From positions 1 to 64,000 of the forward strand of contig JBMFSQ010000008.1 of assembly GCA_049967475.1 (NCBI GenBank): DNA of 64,000 nucleotides, written 5' to 3'. Below, piece by piece: positions 9,149 through 18,446 of the stretch. Position numbers and translations under genes: made by a program. The stretch comes from Chthonomonadales bacterium (GTDB lineage Bacteria; Armatimonadota; Chthonomonadetes; Chthonomonadales; CAJBBX01). The notes under the pieces are model-generated. The model was not told the origin of the DNA and did not search any database. It worked only from the letters and a program-made list of their open reading frames with translations. Every line of letters starts with the position of its first letter. The first letter of the stretch is position 1.

Positions 9149-10534
9149 CTACCATGTGAACTGCCGTGTCCCCAATTGAAGGGCACCTTCCGATGTGCCC
9201 GCCATGAAATGGGTACGCAACCCGGTGCGGCGTTCGTACTCTGCGCAAATCTGGCGGGCAGCGGCGTCGGCATCCTCGCCGAGCCCCAAAATCGCCACAG
9301 CTCCGCCGGAGCCTCCGCCGGTGATCTTCGCTCCGTAGATGCCGTGAGAAGCCCCCCGTTCCATGGCCAGGGCCACGATCAGATCGGTTTCGGGGGATCC
9401 CAGCCGCAGGAGGTTGCTGTACGCCGTATGTGCCGCAAGCATCAGCTCGCCTACCTCGCGCAGGGCATCTGGGTCGCATGAGCCCTGGCGGAGGATCTCC
9501 ATGATGCGATGGACGCGCTGGTTTTCGAGAACGGCATGTTCGGCACAATCCCGTACGAAATAGGTTTCCTCGGGATCTACTTGGGTGACTGCGTCCGGAA
9601 GGTGCCCGTAGCGCTCCAGGAATTCGGAGCCTTTCAGCATGGTGGGAACGTGGGGACGCAGTTCATGCCACTCTTCAGGCATCAGGTTGCACAGGTACCC
9701 GCCGAGTGTGTTGCCCGTGAGGGTCTGAACAATCTTAAGCCCCATGAATGCCGCCACGCGCGCCCGGATATAACTTCGGCCTCCCACGGAGTGTTTTACT
9801 CCGCTGTCTATTGCAAGGAAGCGCCAGCCTGGGGGGTCCGGAAGGTGGCCCAGGATTTCGTGAGGTTGGCACTTTAGAGCAAGGATGTGGGCGCCCAGGC
9901 CGAGCGCAGAGGTAACCTGATCCATGATGCCGCAAGGAGCGCCGGCAATCTCATTCTCCACACGCTGGCAGAGGGTCGCGAGTTTCAGTCCCTCCAGCGT
10001 TACGCCGTAAGAGGCCGCGAAGGCGGTGCACGAAGCCACTTCGAGGGCAGCCGAAGAGGACACTCCGGCTCCTATCGGGACGGTGCTCTCGACCCAGACA
10101 TTGGCTCCCATCATGTGGCTTGGAGGGATCAGCCCTTCTTGCATGAGCAGAAGCAGTGTTCCTACAACGTAGGCGATCCATCGCCTTTTTGGGGGTACAG
10201 CCAAAACCTGCTTGGCCTCTTCGGCCGTCAAATGCCGGCCCGGTGGGAACAAAACGCCTAGGGGAAGGCGCACATCTCCCTCCACGGCCGTAGCCGTTGA
10301 GCAGATGTGGATCCATTCGTTCGGTACGAGTTGGACGGCTACGAAGGTGGCTTCGGAGATGGTGCGCTCGAGAACCGTACCCCCGGAATAATCCGTCACG
10401 CCGCCCTGCACGTCCAGGCGACCGGGCGCCCGCGCAACCGTGATGGGGATGCCGGCTTCGAAGAAACCGCGATGGTCGTTCTTGAGCGCTTTTATGAAGG
10501 AAACAAGTTGTTCTTCGCCGGATGCGGGTTCCAT
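9149..10534 (-). CDS. GHMP family sugar kinase, similar to the plant L-arabinokinase kinase domain
   Basis: ARAPGRLDVQGGVTDYSG, VPIGAGVSSSAA, APCGIMDQ, CQPHE, IDSGVKHSVGG, GAKITGGGSGG. Confidence 0.88.
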   Translation of the reverse strand: MEPASGEEQLVSFIKALKNDHRGFFEAGIPITVARAPGRLDVQGGVTDYSGGTVLERTISEATFVAVQLVPNEWIHICSTATAVEGDVRLPLGVLFPPGRHLTAEEAKQVLAVPPKRRWIAYVVGTLLLLMQEGLIPPSHMMGANVWVESTVPIGAGVSSSAALEVASCTAFAASYGVTLEGLKLATLCQRVENEIAGAPCGIMDQVTSALGLGAHILALKCQPHEILGHLPDPPGWRFLAIDSGVKHSVGGRSYIRARVAAFMGLKIVQTLTGNTLGGYLCNLMPEEWHELRPHVPTMLKGSEFLERYGHLPDAVTQVDPEETYFVRDCAEHAVLENQRVHRIMEILRQGSCDPDALREVGELMLAAHTAYSNLLRLGSPETDLIVALAMERGASHGIYGAKITGGGSGGAVAILGLGEDADAAARQICAEYERRTGLRTHFMAGTSEGALQLGTRQFTW

Positions 10535-10621
10535 GGGGGCGGTGAAGCCTCCATCAACATAGGGCTGTGACGCGCGTCGCGTGGCGCACGGCTAGGGGCT
10601 CCCAGACGAGCCGCGAGGTCA

Positions 10622-10647
10622 ATTCGGCGGTGAAGGGGCGGGATCCT
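10622..10647 (-). promoter_or_regulatory. Putative sigma-H-like promoter (AGGA-N18-GAAT) upstream of the GHMP kinase
   Basis: Minus strand reads AGGA tcccgccccttcaccgcc GAAT. Confidence 0.55.
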
Positions 10648-10728
10648 CCATCCAGGCGGTGCGGGAGGAGCGGGAGCCTTAGGGTATAATGGAGCGAACG
10701 TTCGGCCGGGCGTGTTCCGTAAGCCGGC

Positions 10729-10775
10729 GTCCTTCCTGCTCCGTAGATCTGCGGAGCCAGAGACCGAAGGGAGGT
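10729..10775 (+). ncRNA. S6:S18 ribosomal protein leader (autogenous regulatory RNA of rpsF)
   Basis: CCTTCC-T-GCTCCGTAGATCTGCGGAGC-CAGAGACC-GAAGGGAGG: an outer helix sequesters the SD, with an inner hairpin and a CCG motif. Layout matches the Bacillus rpsF leader. TATAAT at 10685-10690. Confidence 0.75.
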
Positions 10776-10784
10776 TACCGAGTT

Positions 10785-11087
10785 ATGCGTCGCTATGAGG
10801 CGATGTACATTGTAGATGCTGAGCTCTCAGACGAGGAACTGGAGCCCATCATCGAGAAGTATAAGAAGGTCATCACCGATATGGGCGGAGTGGTGACTGA
10901 GGCGGGCAAATGGGAGCAAGGCCGCCGGAAGCTTGCTTATGAGATTGCAGACCGCACCGAGGGCATCTACGTCCTCATGAAGTTCGAGGCCGGCCCCGAT
11001 GTCCCGCAGGAGCTGGATCGCGTCTTTCGGATCAGTGACGATGTCTTTCGCCACATTGTTGTGCGAGAGGACGAGGACGAAGAGTAG
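10785..11087 (+). CDS. rpsF: 30S ribosomal protein S6
   Basis: MRRYEAMYIV...GRRKLAYEI...EGIYVLMKF...RHIVVR. GGGAGG upstream. Confidence 0.97.
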   Translation: MRRYEAMYIVDAELSDEELEPIIEKYKKVITDMGGVVTEAGKWEQGRRKLAYEIADRTEGIYVLMKFEAGPDVPQELDRVFRISDDVFRHIVVREDEDEE

Positions 11088-11088
11088 G

Positions 11089-11106
11089 GCGGGAGCCGGC
11101 TCCCGC
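11089..11106. repeat. Perfect 18-bp palindrome between rpsF and ssb
   Basis: GCGGGAGCC|GGCTCCCGC, directly upstream of the ssb SD (AGGAGG). Confidence 0.7.
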
Positions 11107-11122
11107 TCAGGAGGCCAGGTTC

Positions 11123-11560
11123 ATGCTGAACCGCATCGTGCTCATAGGGCGTCTCACGAGGGATCCTGAGGCCAGTTATACTCCGTCTGGCATCTCCATC
11201 GCGAAGTTTCGCCTTGCGGTGGATCGCGGGACCAAGAAGGCGGACACCGGCGAAAAGGAGACGGATTTTCTGGATGTGGTGGCGTTTCGCAAAACAGCCG
11301 ACTTCGTGAACTCGTATGTTACGAAGGGACGCCTCGTTTACGTTGAGGGGCGTTTGCAGAGCAGGTCATGGACGGCACAGGACGGGAACCGGCGCATAGC
11401 CTACGAGATTGTTGCAGACAACGTGGGAACGCTGGACCGGCGGCCGGATGCTGCGCCTGGTGACGTCACCGAGAAGCCCATCGCGCCGGCCCATGGAGTT
11501 CCGGCGGACGAGGACTTTTACGAGCCGGATGAAGAGGGCGATCCCTTCCGGGATGAATAG
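11123..11560 (+). CDS. ssb: Single-stranded DNA-binding protein
   Basis: MLNRIVLIGRLTRDPE, KGRLVYVEGRLQSRSW, and an acidic C-terminal tail containing DPF. Confidence 0.97.
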   Translation: MLNRIVLIGRLTRDPEASYTPSGISIAKFRLAVDRGTKKADTGEKETDFLDVVAFRKTADFVNSYVTKGRLVYVEGRLQSRSWTAQDGNRRIAYEIVADNVGTLDRRPDAAPGDVTEKPIAPAHGVPADEDFYEPDEEGDPFRDE

Positions 11561-11693
11561 CGCCGGTTCTCTGGCGGCGGGAGTTTGCCGAGGGCGCGCG
11601 CCTCTTGGAGAGCCTGTGGACGGGTGCCCATGACCCTCGGGGCGCGTCCTCAAGATGCGTCGAATGTGAGATCGAAGAAGGGGATGAACTGCT

Positions 11694-11966
11694 TTGGAGC
11701 GTGAGATCACCAATAATGCACCGGCGCCGCGTAAACGGAGCGCATCACGGTTTCGGCGCCCGCGGCGCAAAGTGTGCGCGTTCTGCGTTGAGAAGGCTGC
11801 TTCTATTGATTATAAGGCGCACCTCAAGCTGCGCAAGTTCCTTACAGACCGCGCGAAGATTGTTCCCCGCCGTACCAGCGGAACGTGTGCACGGCATCAA
11901 CGGATGTTGGCAACGGCCATCAAGCGGGCCCGACACATGGCGCTTCTGCCCTTCGTGGCCGAGTAG
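11694..11966 (+). CDS. rpsR: 30S ribosomal protein S18 (zinc-binding form)
   Basis: RRKVCAFC...IDYK...[16 protein letters not shown]...[15 protein letters not shown] start. Confidence 0.96.
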   Translation: MEREITNNAPAPRKRSASRFRRPRRKVCAFCVEKAASIDYKAHLKLRKFLTDRAKIVPRRTSGTCARHQRMLATAIKRARHMALLPFVAE

Positions 11967-12041
11967 CTTCTGATTGCTCCTCCGCATGAAGCGTGCTTGC
12001 GGTCGGCACGAGTGTCTGCAGATCGTGTCGGCTGCGGATGC

Positions 12042-12080
12042 GTGAAGGCTTTCGCACCACGCGGAAGCCTTCACTGTTGT
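12042..12080 (+). terminator. Possible terminator after rpsF-ssb-rpsR
   Basis: 14-bp stem GTGAAGGCTTTCGC/GCGGAAGCCTTCAC (one G-U pair), 5-nt loop, weak T-rich tail. Confidence 0.5.
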
Positions 12081-12429
12081 CGTTCGGCCTTTGCACCGCC
12101 GCGCAACCGTATCCAACATCGTGCCCACCAGAACCGGCAGAGGGCGGCGGCGCAACTGGTGCCGGTTCACCTGCTCTGTCTAGCCGGCGCCGCCGGTTCC
12201 ACGGGAGTTGTGGCGGTGGGGACGCTCTGATCGGTTCCGGCTGTGCTTCCTGCTTGTGGACCGTTTCAACGGAATGAGGTTGGGTTCTCCAAAAGCCACG
12301 GAGGTGCGCCTCCCTCTGGCCCGCCGCTTCTGGTCTTGGCGGGCAAGGAGAAACGTTCTTCGCCGTCGAAATAGCCGCAAACCGCGTTGTTCATTCAATG
12401 GATTTGGGGGCAAGAGGATCTATTCGGCA

Positions 12430-13554
12430 ATGAGATCTCGAACATACGCTTCTAGCGAAGAGCATAATTCTCGGGTGCTGGACGATCCCCGCGTGCGTTC
12501 GCAACTGGACCCAAAGGGGATGCTGCACCTTGTTGAAACCTTCGGCGGCCAATGTCGCGAGGCCATTCAGATAGCCGGTTTCTATGATGCGGGTGTGCGC
12601 CGCGGCCCGATCCGCTCTGTAGTCGTGACGGGGTTAGGCGGATCGGCCATCGGCGGAGACATGCTGCGCTCCGTCGTGGCGCCTCATTGCGACGTGCCCA
12701 TCGTGGTCAACCGTGATTACACCCTTCCCGGCTTTGTAGGCCCGGATACGCTGGTACTTGCCGTGTCCTATTCCGGGAATACTGAGGAGACGTTATCTGC
12801 ATACACGGTGGCTCGTCAACGCCGAGCGCACGTGGTCTGCATCACCAGCGGAGGCGAACTTTGGCGCAGGGCTGAGGCAGACCGCGTGCCTGCAATCCGC
12901 GTGCCGGCGGGACCTCCTCCTCGCGCCGCCACCGGATACTTGTTCTTCCCCATGGTGCATGTGCTTGAGCACTCCGGTGTGTTGGAGCACTCCCTTGCGG
13001 GCGACGCCGAGGAAACCGCCGGTCTGCTCGAAGAGCTCGCCGCAGAGTGGGGACCTGATGTGGAGCTGGAGGTCAATCCGGCAAAGAAGGTAGCGGCGTC
13101 TCTTTTCCGCCGGGTGCCTGTAATCTATGGCACTTTGGACTACGCAGGTGTGGCTGCGCTTCGGTGGAAAACGCAAATCAACGAGAATGCAAAGAGCCAT
13201 GCTTTTGCGGGCGCCTTCCCGGAGATGAACCATAACGAGATCCTGGCGTGGCAGGAGCCTTCCCGGCAGGCCCGTCGCTGGACCGTGGTGTATCTGAGGG
13301 ATGCCGACGAAGAAAGTACGACTCCGCGCATTGCGCGCCGGGTTGCCGTTACACGGCGATTGATTGGTCGAAAAGTGCCCCAAATTGATGTGCATTCGCG
13401 TGGCCGATCCCTCATGGCGCGGCTTTTCAGCCTCATGTACTTCGGCGACTTTACGAGCTGCTACCTCGCCCTCTTGTATCGGGAGGACCCCACGGTGATC
13501 CCGGGTATAGATCGGCTGAAGGCAGAGCTGTCCCGGCTGAAGGTGCCCCTTTAG
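12430..13554 (+). CDS. Bifunctional phosphoglucose/phosphomannose isomerase (double SIS)
   Basis: GLGGSAIGGD, SYSGNTEETL, ITSGG, PRAA, RWKTQINENAK, PEMNHNEI, DPTVIPGIDRLK. Start uncertain (ATG 12430 or GTG 12475). Confidence 0.92.
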   Translation: MRSRTYASSEEHNSRVLDDPRVRSQLDPKGMLHLVETFGGQCREAIQIAGFYDAGVRRGPIRSVVVTGLGGSAIGGDMLRSVVAPHCDVPIVVNRDYTLPGFVGPDTLVLAVSYSGNTEETLSAYTVARQRRAHVVCITSGGELWRRAEADRVPAIRVPAGPPPRAATGYLFFPMVHVLEHSGVLEHSLAGDAEETAGLLEELAAEWGPDVELEVNPAKKVAASLFRRVPVIYGTLDYAGVAALRWKTQINENAKSHAFAGAFPEMNHNEILAWQEPSRQARRWTVVYLRDADEESTTPRIARRVAVTRRLIGRKVPQIDVHSRGRSLMARLFSLMYFGDFTSCYLALLYREDPTVIPGIDRLKAELSRLKVPL

Positions 13555-13818
13555 TCCTCAACAGCCGAAAGGTTCCCGCGCAAGGGGGCGACACAGCCGA
13601 TATGGCGCAGGAGGCGTGTCTCTGGTTCGTGGCCGTCGAGACCAGCCGGCGCATGGCAGGCTGAAGTGAATTGGGGTGCGCGCGCCCGGCTCCGTGGCCG
13701 CGTTGGCGCTAGGTAGGGCCGAAGGCTGCTTCACGTCTGCACCAAGCTGAGCTTTGCGGTCGGGCTTGAGTTTGCGCCGGCGACCGACCCTGCGGCGACT
13801 TTGTCGTCGCGTGTCGGC

Positions 13819-14973
13819 ATGGACCATCGGATGATCTACCTGGATAACATCACCACCACGCGCACGGACCCTCGGGTGTTGGAGGCCATGTTGCCCTACT
13901 TCACCGAGTTCTACGCAAGCGCGGGAAGCACGCACTTTGCCGGTTCCAAAGCCAAGACGGCAGTGGAGGATGCCCGCGGCACCATTGCTTCGCTCATCGG
14001 AGCCGCCCACCCCAGGGAGATCGTCTTTACCTCAGGCGCAACTGAGGCCGACAATCTGGCCGTCAAAGGCGTTGCGGAAGCCTGTGCCGAGATAGGGGAC
14101 CACGTGGTAACACTGGTCACCGAGCATCCGGCCGTGCTGGAGCCGTGCCGCAGACTGGAGCGCGAGGGGTTTCGGGTTACCTACCTCGGTGTAGACTGGC
14201 ATGGCCTCGCGTCTGTAGAGGATCTTGAAAACGCACTGACCCCAGACACGATCTTGGTGTCTGTAATGAGTGCAAACCATGAGATCGGGGTTCTGCAAGA
14301 CGTTGCCTCTCTTGCCGCGGTTTGTAGGGAACGGGGCATCGTCTTTCACACCGACGCGGCTCAAGCCGTGGGCAAAATCCCTTTCAACGTTCGGACGCTT
14401 GGCGTGGATTTGGCTTCCCTTACATCTCACAAGATCTACGGGCCCAAAGGCATCGGGGCTCTTTACGTTCGGGAAGGGCTCGCGCCGCACCGCATCCGAC
14501 CGCAGTTGGATGGAGTTGGGGAAGAGCAGGGCTTGCGTGCGGGCACTCTCAATGTCCCGGCGATCGTCGGGTTTGCAAAGGCGCTGCAACTTTGCGCGGA
14601 GGAGATGGCAGAAGCCGGGGAGAGGCTCACCGCGTTGCGGGAGCGCTTTCTGTGCATCCTTCGCCAACAAGTTGACGGTGTGCAGGTAAACGGGCATCCA
14701 ACGCGGAGGCTGCCAGGCGACCTGAGTATTTCGATCGAAGGGGTGCGGGCTCGCACACTCTTGGAAGCGCTTCCCGACATCGCGCTTTCGGCGGGATCTG
14801 CATGGCAAGAGGACACCATGGAGCCTTCTCCCGTACTGCTGGCATTGGGCATTCCTCCCGAGCGCGCCCTCTCCACGATCCATATCAGCATTGGGAGGTT
14901 TAACACTGCTGCCGAGGTGGATCGCGCCGCCCAACGCATCGTCGGCGAAGTCCGGAGAATGCGCAGCCGCTGA
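13819..14973 (+). CDS. IscS/NifS-like class V PLP protein lacking the catalytic cysteine
   Basis: IYLDNITTT, FTSGATEADN, EHPAV, FHTDAAQAVGK, SHKIYGPKG (PLP Lys), RAGTLN. The catalytic loop reads SAGSAWQE instead of SSGSACTS. Confidence 0.88.
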   Translation: MDHRMIYLDNITTTRTDPRVLEAMLPYFTEFYASAGSTHFAGSKAKTAVEDARGTIASLIGAAHPREIVFTSGATEADNLAVKGVAEACAEIGDHVVTLVTEHPAVLEPCRRLEREGFRVTYLGVDWHGLASVEDLENALTPDTILVSVMSANHEIGVLQDVASLAAVCRERGIVFHTDAAQAVGKIPFNVRTLGVDLASLTSHKIYGPKGIGALYVREGLAPHRIRPQLDGVGEEQGLRAGTLNVPAIVGFAKALQLCAEEMAEAGERLTALRERFLCILRQQVDGVQVNGHPTRRLPGDLSISIEGVRARTLLEALPDIALSAGSAWQEDTMEPSPVLLALGIPPERALSTIHISIGRFNTAAEVDRAAQRIVGEVRRMRSR

Positions 14974-15140
14974 CCCTTTTGGTGTGGACTATGCCAGGGG
15001 CCGGAATGGAAGTCTGCGGCGGGATGCGCGATGGGCATTCCTCATGATGCCACCATGCCCAGACCCGCGCCTTGGTAATAGGTGCGTCGGTCAGGATGCA
15101 GTTCCTCGGTCTAAACTGCGCACCCCGGGCGACGTTGGGG

Positions 15141-15168
15141 TGAAACCAGTTGGGCCGCGGGGCGTCAA
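15141..15168 (+). promoter_or_regulatory. ECF sigma-type promoter TGAAAC-N16-CGTC upstream of the TolC-MacAB operon
   Basis: TGAAAC cagttgggccgcgggg CGTCAA, about 55 nt before the TolC ATG; matches the Bacillus SigW/SigM/SigX-type consensus. Confidence 0.6.
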
Positions 15169-15220
15169 TACCCGAAGGAATGCGACGCACAGGATTACCC
15201 TTGGAAAGGATGTCTGCAAT

Positions 15221-16561
15221 ATGGCATTTCCCCGCTGGGCCGTCGCGGCCATGGCCCTAGGCACTGCTTGTGCCGGCGCACTGGCTCAGGCCAAGAACCC
15301 GCAAAACGAACTGGACCTATCTCAGCCGATCACTCTGGAACGCGCGATCCAGATTGCCCTCAAGAACCATCCATCCATCGGCATTGCCAAGAGCCAGGTT
15401 GCTGCTGCCACCGCCCGCGTCACGCAGTCTATGGCCAGTTACTTTCCTTCCATCGCGCCCAGCTACACGTACAGCTCACAACTCAGCAGTGCCAATATCG
15501 GCGGGATATCGCGCACAGGCACTATAGAGCAGGGCGTAACGCAGATCAGCGCACGTCAGCTCATTTTTGACACCGGCAAGCGTGAAGAGGGAGTTCTGTC
15601 CAGCCGGTACTCCGCAAAATCCAGCGAATACGCCTATTTGGACACCCGACAGACCGTGATCCTCAACGTAACAACGGCGTACTACGAACTGCTTCGCACC
15701 CGCGAGCTTGTGAGAGTGGCCCAATCCAATGTAGACCGCGCTCAGACAACCTTGGATTCTACAAAAGCCTTTGCTGAGGAGGGGACCGCTCCGCGCAAGG
15801 ACATTCTTCAGGCTCAGGCCGACCTCGACAACGCCAAGGTGCAGCTCATCCAGGCCGAGAACAACGTGCGCGTGCAGACTGTAGTATTGATGCATGCCAT
15901 GGGTCTGTTGACGATGGCGCCCATCAACGTTCCCGAGATGCAGCTTCCTGCGCCGCCCTCCACACCGGATCCCGAACCCGTGGAGAAGTACGTTCAGGTT
16001 GCCTTGGCGAACCGCATGGATGCCCGCAGGGACGCGGCGGTAGTGGATGCCAGCCGCCATCAGGTGAAGATTGCCTCCATCAACGCAGGGCTCCAGGTAG
16101 AGGCTGACGTCACGGAAGGGTACCGCGTGGACCCGAGCCCCGGCGAAAACCGGACCTTCACCACGACGTTTTCGTATCCATTGTTCGATGCAGGCCTGAC
16201 ACGGGCGCAGGTGCGCCAGGCCAAAGCTTCTTTGGAACAAGCCCGCAAGCAATTGGAACTCACCAAGCACGCCATCGAACTGGATGTGGAGCAAGCGTAT
16301 CTGCTTCGAGAAGAGGCGCGCTCGCGGGTGCAAGCCGCTCTGGCGGCGGTACGCGCTGCGCAAGAAAACTACGATGCAGCAACTGCATCGCGCAAGGAGG
16401 GAGCAGGGTCCATCCTGGACGTAATCACGGCACGGAATGCCTTGGTAGTGGCCGAGACGAACCAGGTTCAGGCGATCTATGATTACTACACCTCTGATGC
16501 CAATTTGAAGCGCGCTCTCGGTGAGAACGATGTATTCGCCGGGGGAGGGAGCAGCAAGTGA
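15221..16561 (+). CDS. TolC family outer membrane efflux protein
   Basis: Signal peptide, LERAIQIALKNHP, VTTAYYELL, YPLFDAG, VEQAY, GAGSILDVITA. AAAGGA upstream of ATG 15221. Confidence 0.92.
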   Translation: MAFPRWAVAAMALGTACAGALAQAKNPQNELDLSQPITLERAIQIALKNHPSIGIAKSQVAAATARVTQSMASYFPSIAPSYTYSSQLSSANIGGISRTGTIEQGVTQISARQLIFDTGKREEGVLSSRYSAKSSEYAYLDTRQTVILNVTTAYYELLRTRELVRVAQSNVDRAQTTLDSTKAFAEEGTAPRKDILQAQADLDNAKVQLIQAENNVRVQTVVLMHAMGLLTMAPINVPEMQLPAPPSTPDPEPVEKYVQVALANRMDARRDAAVVDASRHQVKIASINAGLQVEADVTEGYRVDPSPGENRTFTTTFSYPLFDAGLTRAQVRQAKASLEQARKQLELTKHAIELDVEQAYLLREEARSRVQAALAAVRAAQENYDAATASRKEGAGSILDVITARNALVVAETNQVQAIYDYYTSDANLKRALGENDVFAGGGSSK

Positions 16562-18324
16562 AGCGTGCAATCATTGCCCTAGTGATAGCGGCTGTGCTGG
16601 TGACGGGAGGCATCGTCCTCGCGCGGCGCCTTCACACCGACGATCCGGCTGACGAGACGCAGTACAAAGTAACCACGGTGTCCCTCGGTTCCGTGAAGAA
16701 GAGCGTGTCCGCCACGGGGACGCTCCAGGCATGGCGGGTGATTGACATCAAATCCAAAGCCGGCGGCAAGGTGCTCAAGCTCTACGTGGATGTCGGCAGC
16801 GTCGTCAAGAAGGGGCAGCGCCTGGCGGAGATTGACCCCACGGACACACTCCTTACGGTGAATACTGCCAAAGCGGATATAGACACCGCCAAGGCGCGCA
16901 TCGCCCAAACAGACGCCACGTACCGGCTGCAGGTACAACAGAGCGAGATTGCAGTACGCAATGCCGAGGCCTCACTGCAGGCGGCCATCGCCAGCCGCAA
17001 CGTCGCTGCCGCCCAAGTGGAGACGGCTCGCGCCAACGCCCAGGCACAGCCTGAGATAACGCAGGCAGCCATTGAAACGGCCCAGGCCAATCTGAACCAA
17101 GCCATCCAACAGCGGGCGGCGCTGGATGCCACAAACCCGCAGGAACTCGCTACGGCAAAGGCCGCCTATGATCAAGCTGTCGCCAACGCCCGCAATGCCC
17201 ACGCCAATTTCATTCGCCAACAGAACCTGCTGGCACGGGGCTTCGTGTCTCAGCAGGTTGTGGATGCTGCCCAGGCTGCCGATGAAGTGGCCGCTGCCCA
17301 GGTGAGCCAAGCCAAGAAAAAGCTGGACACAGTGCAGGCGGAACTGGCCGCCAACGTAGCGGCAGCGGATGCCCGCATCAAACAAGCGCAAGCGCAATTG
17401 GACAACGCCAAGGCGGGAATGGTGGATATCCAGAACCGCAAATACGCCTTACAACAGGCCCTGGCATCGCTGAAGCAGGCGGATGCTCAGGTGGCCGCCG
17501 CGCGGGAGCTTTTGCGCCAGGCCAAAGCCAACCGCGCCAACAACCAAATTCGCCGGCTCGACGTGGCCCAGGCGAGGGCCTCCATCGAACGCGCCAATGC
17601 AACGATGGTCAATGCCAAAAGCACCTTGGACCAAACCATCGTGACGGCGCCCAGCGACGGCATCATCCTCAAGAAACTGGTGGATGAAGGTACGATCGTG
17701 CCCTCGGCCCTTTCGTTTGCCGCCTCGGGCAACACGCTGCTCCAACTGGGAGATGTGAGCCGCATGTACGTGGACACCACGGTAGATGAAACGGACATCG
17801 CCAACGTGAGCGCAGGCCAGCATGTGGATATCTCCATGGATGCCTATCCGGGCATCCCCTTCGAGGGCAAGGTGATCCGCATTGACCCCTCGGCCGACGT
17901 GATCCAAAACGTCACGATGTTCCATGTGCGAGTAGAGCTGGATAACTCATCGCCGATGTATGCGCTCCTCAAGCCGGGAATGAACGCCACCTGCGAGTTC
18001 GTGCACGACAAGAAGGATGACGTGATCGCGGTTCCAAACGAAGCCATCCACACAGATGATCGAGGGCAGTATGTAGAGATCGCTGTGGGAGGCAAGCCGT
18101 ACATCCCTGCCGGGAGCAAGACGCCGCCGGACGCGGATACCCTCGTTCAGGTCAAAGCCATGCGGCGGGATGTGCAGGTGGGATTGGAGGGTAACGACAC
18201 GACGGAGATAACCGGGGGTCTCAAAGTGGGCGAACGCATCGTCACGCAGAAGATAGAACCCGCGCCCAAGACTGCCGGGAGCCCGTTCGGAGGGCGCATG
18301 TTTGGCGGCGGAGGAAGGAGATAA
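16558..18324 (+). CDS. Periplasmic adaptor (MacA/HlyD-type) with a very long coiled-coil hairpin
   Basis: N-terminal TM, VSATGTL, KAGGKVLKLYVDVGSVVKKGQRLAEID, long A/Q-rich helix, TAPSDGII, VDETDI, LKPGMNA, VGLEGND. Confidence 0.92.
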   Translation: MKRAIIALVIAAVLVTGGIVLARRLHTDDPADETQYKVTTVSLGSVKKSVSATGTLQAWRVIDIKSKAGGKVLKLYVDVGSVVKKGQRLAEIDPTDTLLTVNTAKADIDTAKARIAQTDATYRLQVQQSEIAVRNAEASLQAAIASRNVAAAQVETARANAQAQPEITQAAIETAQANLNQAIQQRAALDATNPQELATAKAAYDQAVANARNAHANFIRQQNLLARGFVSQQVVDAAQAADEVAAAQVSQAKKKLDTVQAELAANVAAADARIKQAQAQLDNAKAGMVDIQNRKYALQQALASLKQADAQVAAARELLRQAKANRANNQIRRLDVAQARASIERANATMVNAKSTLDQTIVTAPSDGIILKKLVDEGTIVPSALSFAASGNTLLQLGDVSRMYVDTTVDETDIANVSAGQHVDISMDAYPGIPFEGKVIRIDPSADVIQNVTMFHVRVELDNSSPMYALLKPGMNATCEFVHDKKDDVIAVPNEAIHTDDRGQYVEIAVGGKPYIPAGSKTPPDADTLVQVKAMRRDVQVGLEGNDTTEITGGLKVGERIVTQKIEPAPKTAGSPFGGRMFGGGGRR

Positions 18325-18446
18325 CGGCCCGGTGCATGCACCGGCGGCTTCCTTGGTGTCGGCGTACCTTTGCTGGAGGCCTTTGTGAAGCGGAGGGCGC
18401 CCACCATGGTCCTGAGCGCTTGTGGCGGCGGTTGGAGGGATAGAGG

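Noticed and set aside
11967..12429. 460-nt gap after rpsR (possible rplI remnant or ncRNA)
   Set aside because: No L9-like translation; only a hairpin and a promoter-like motif are supportable.
12208..12429. Long N-terminal extensions in the ORF track (PGI/PMI, and likewise TolC, tig, rpsF and metK)
   Set aside because: They come from choosing the most upstream start; internal starts match family N-termini and mostly have SD sequences.
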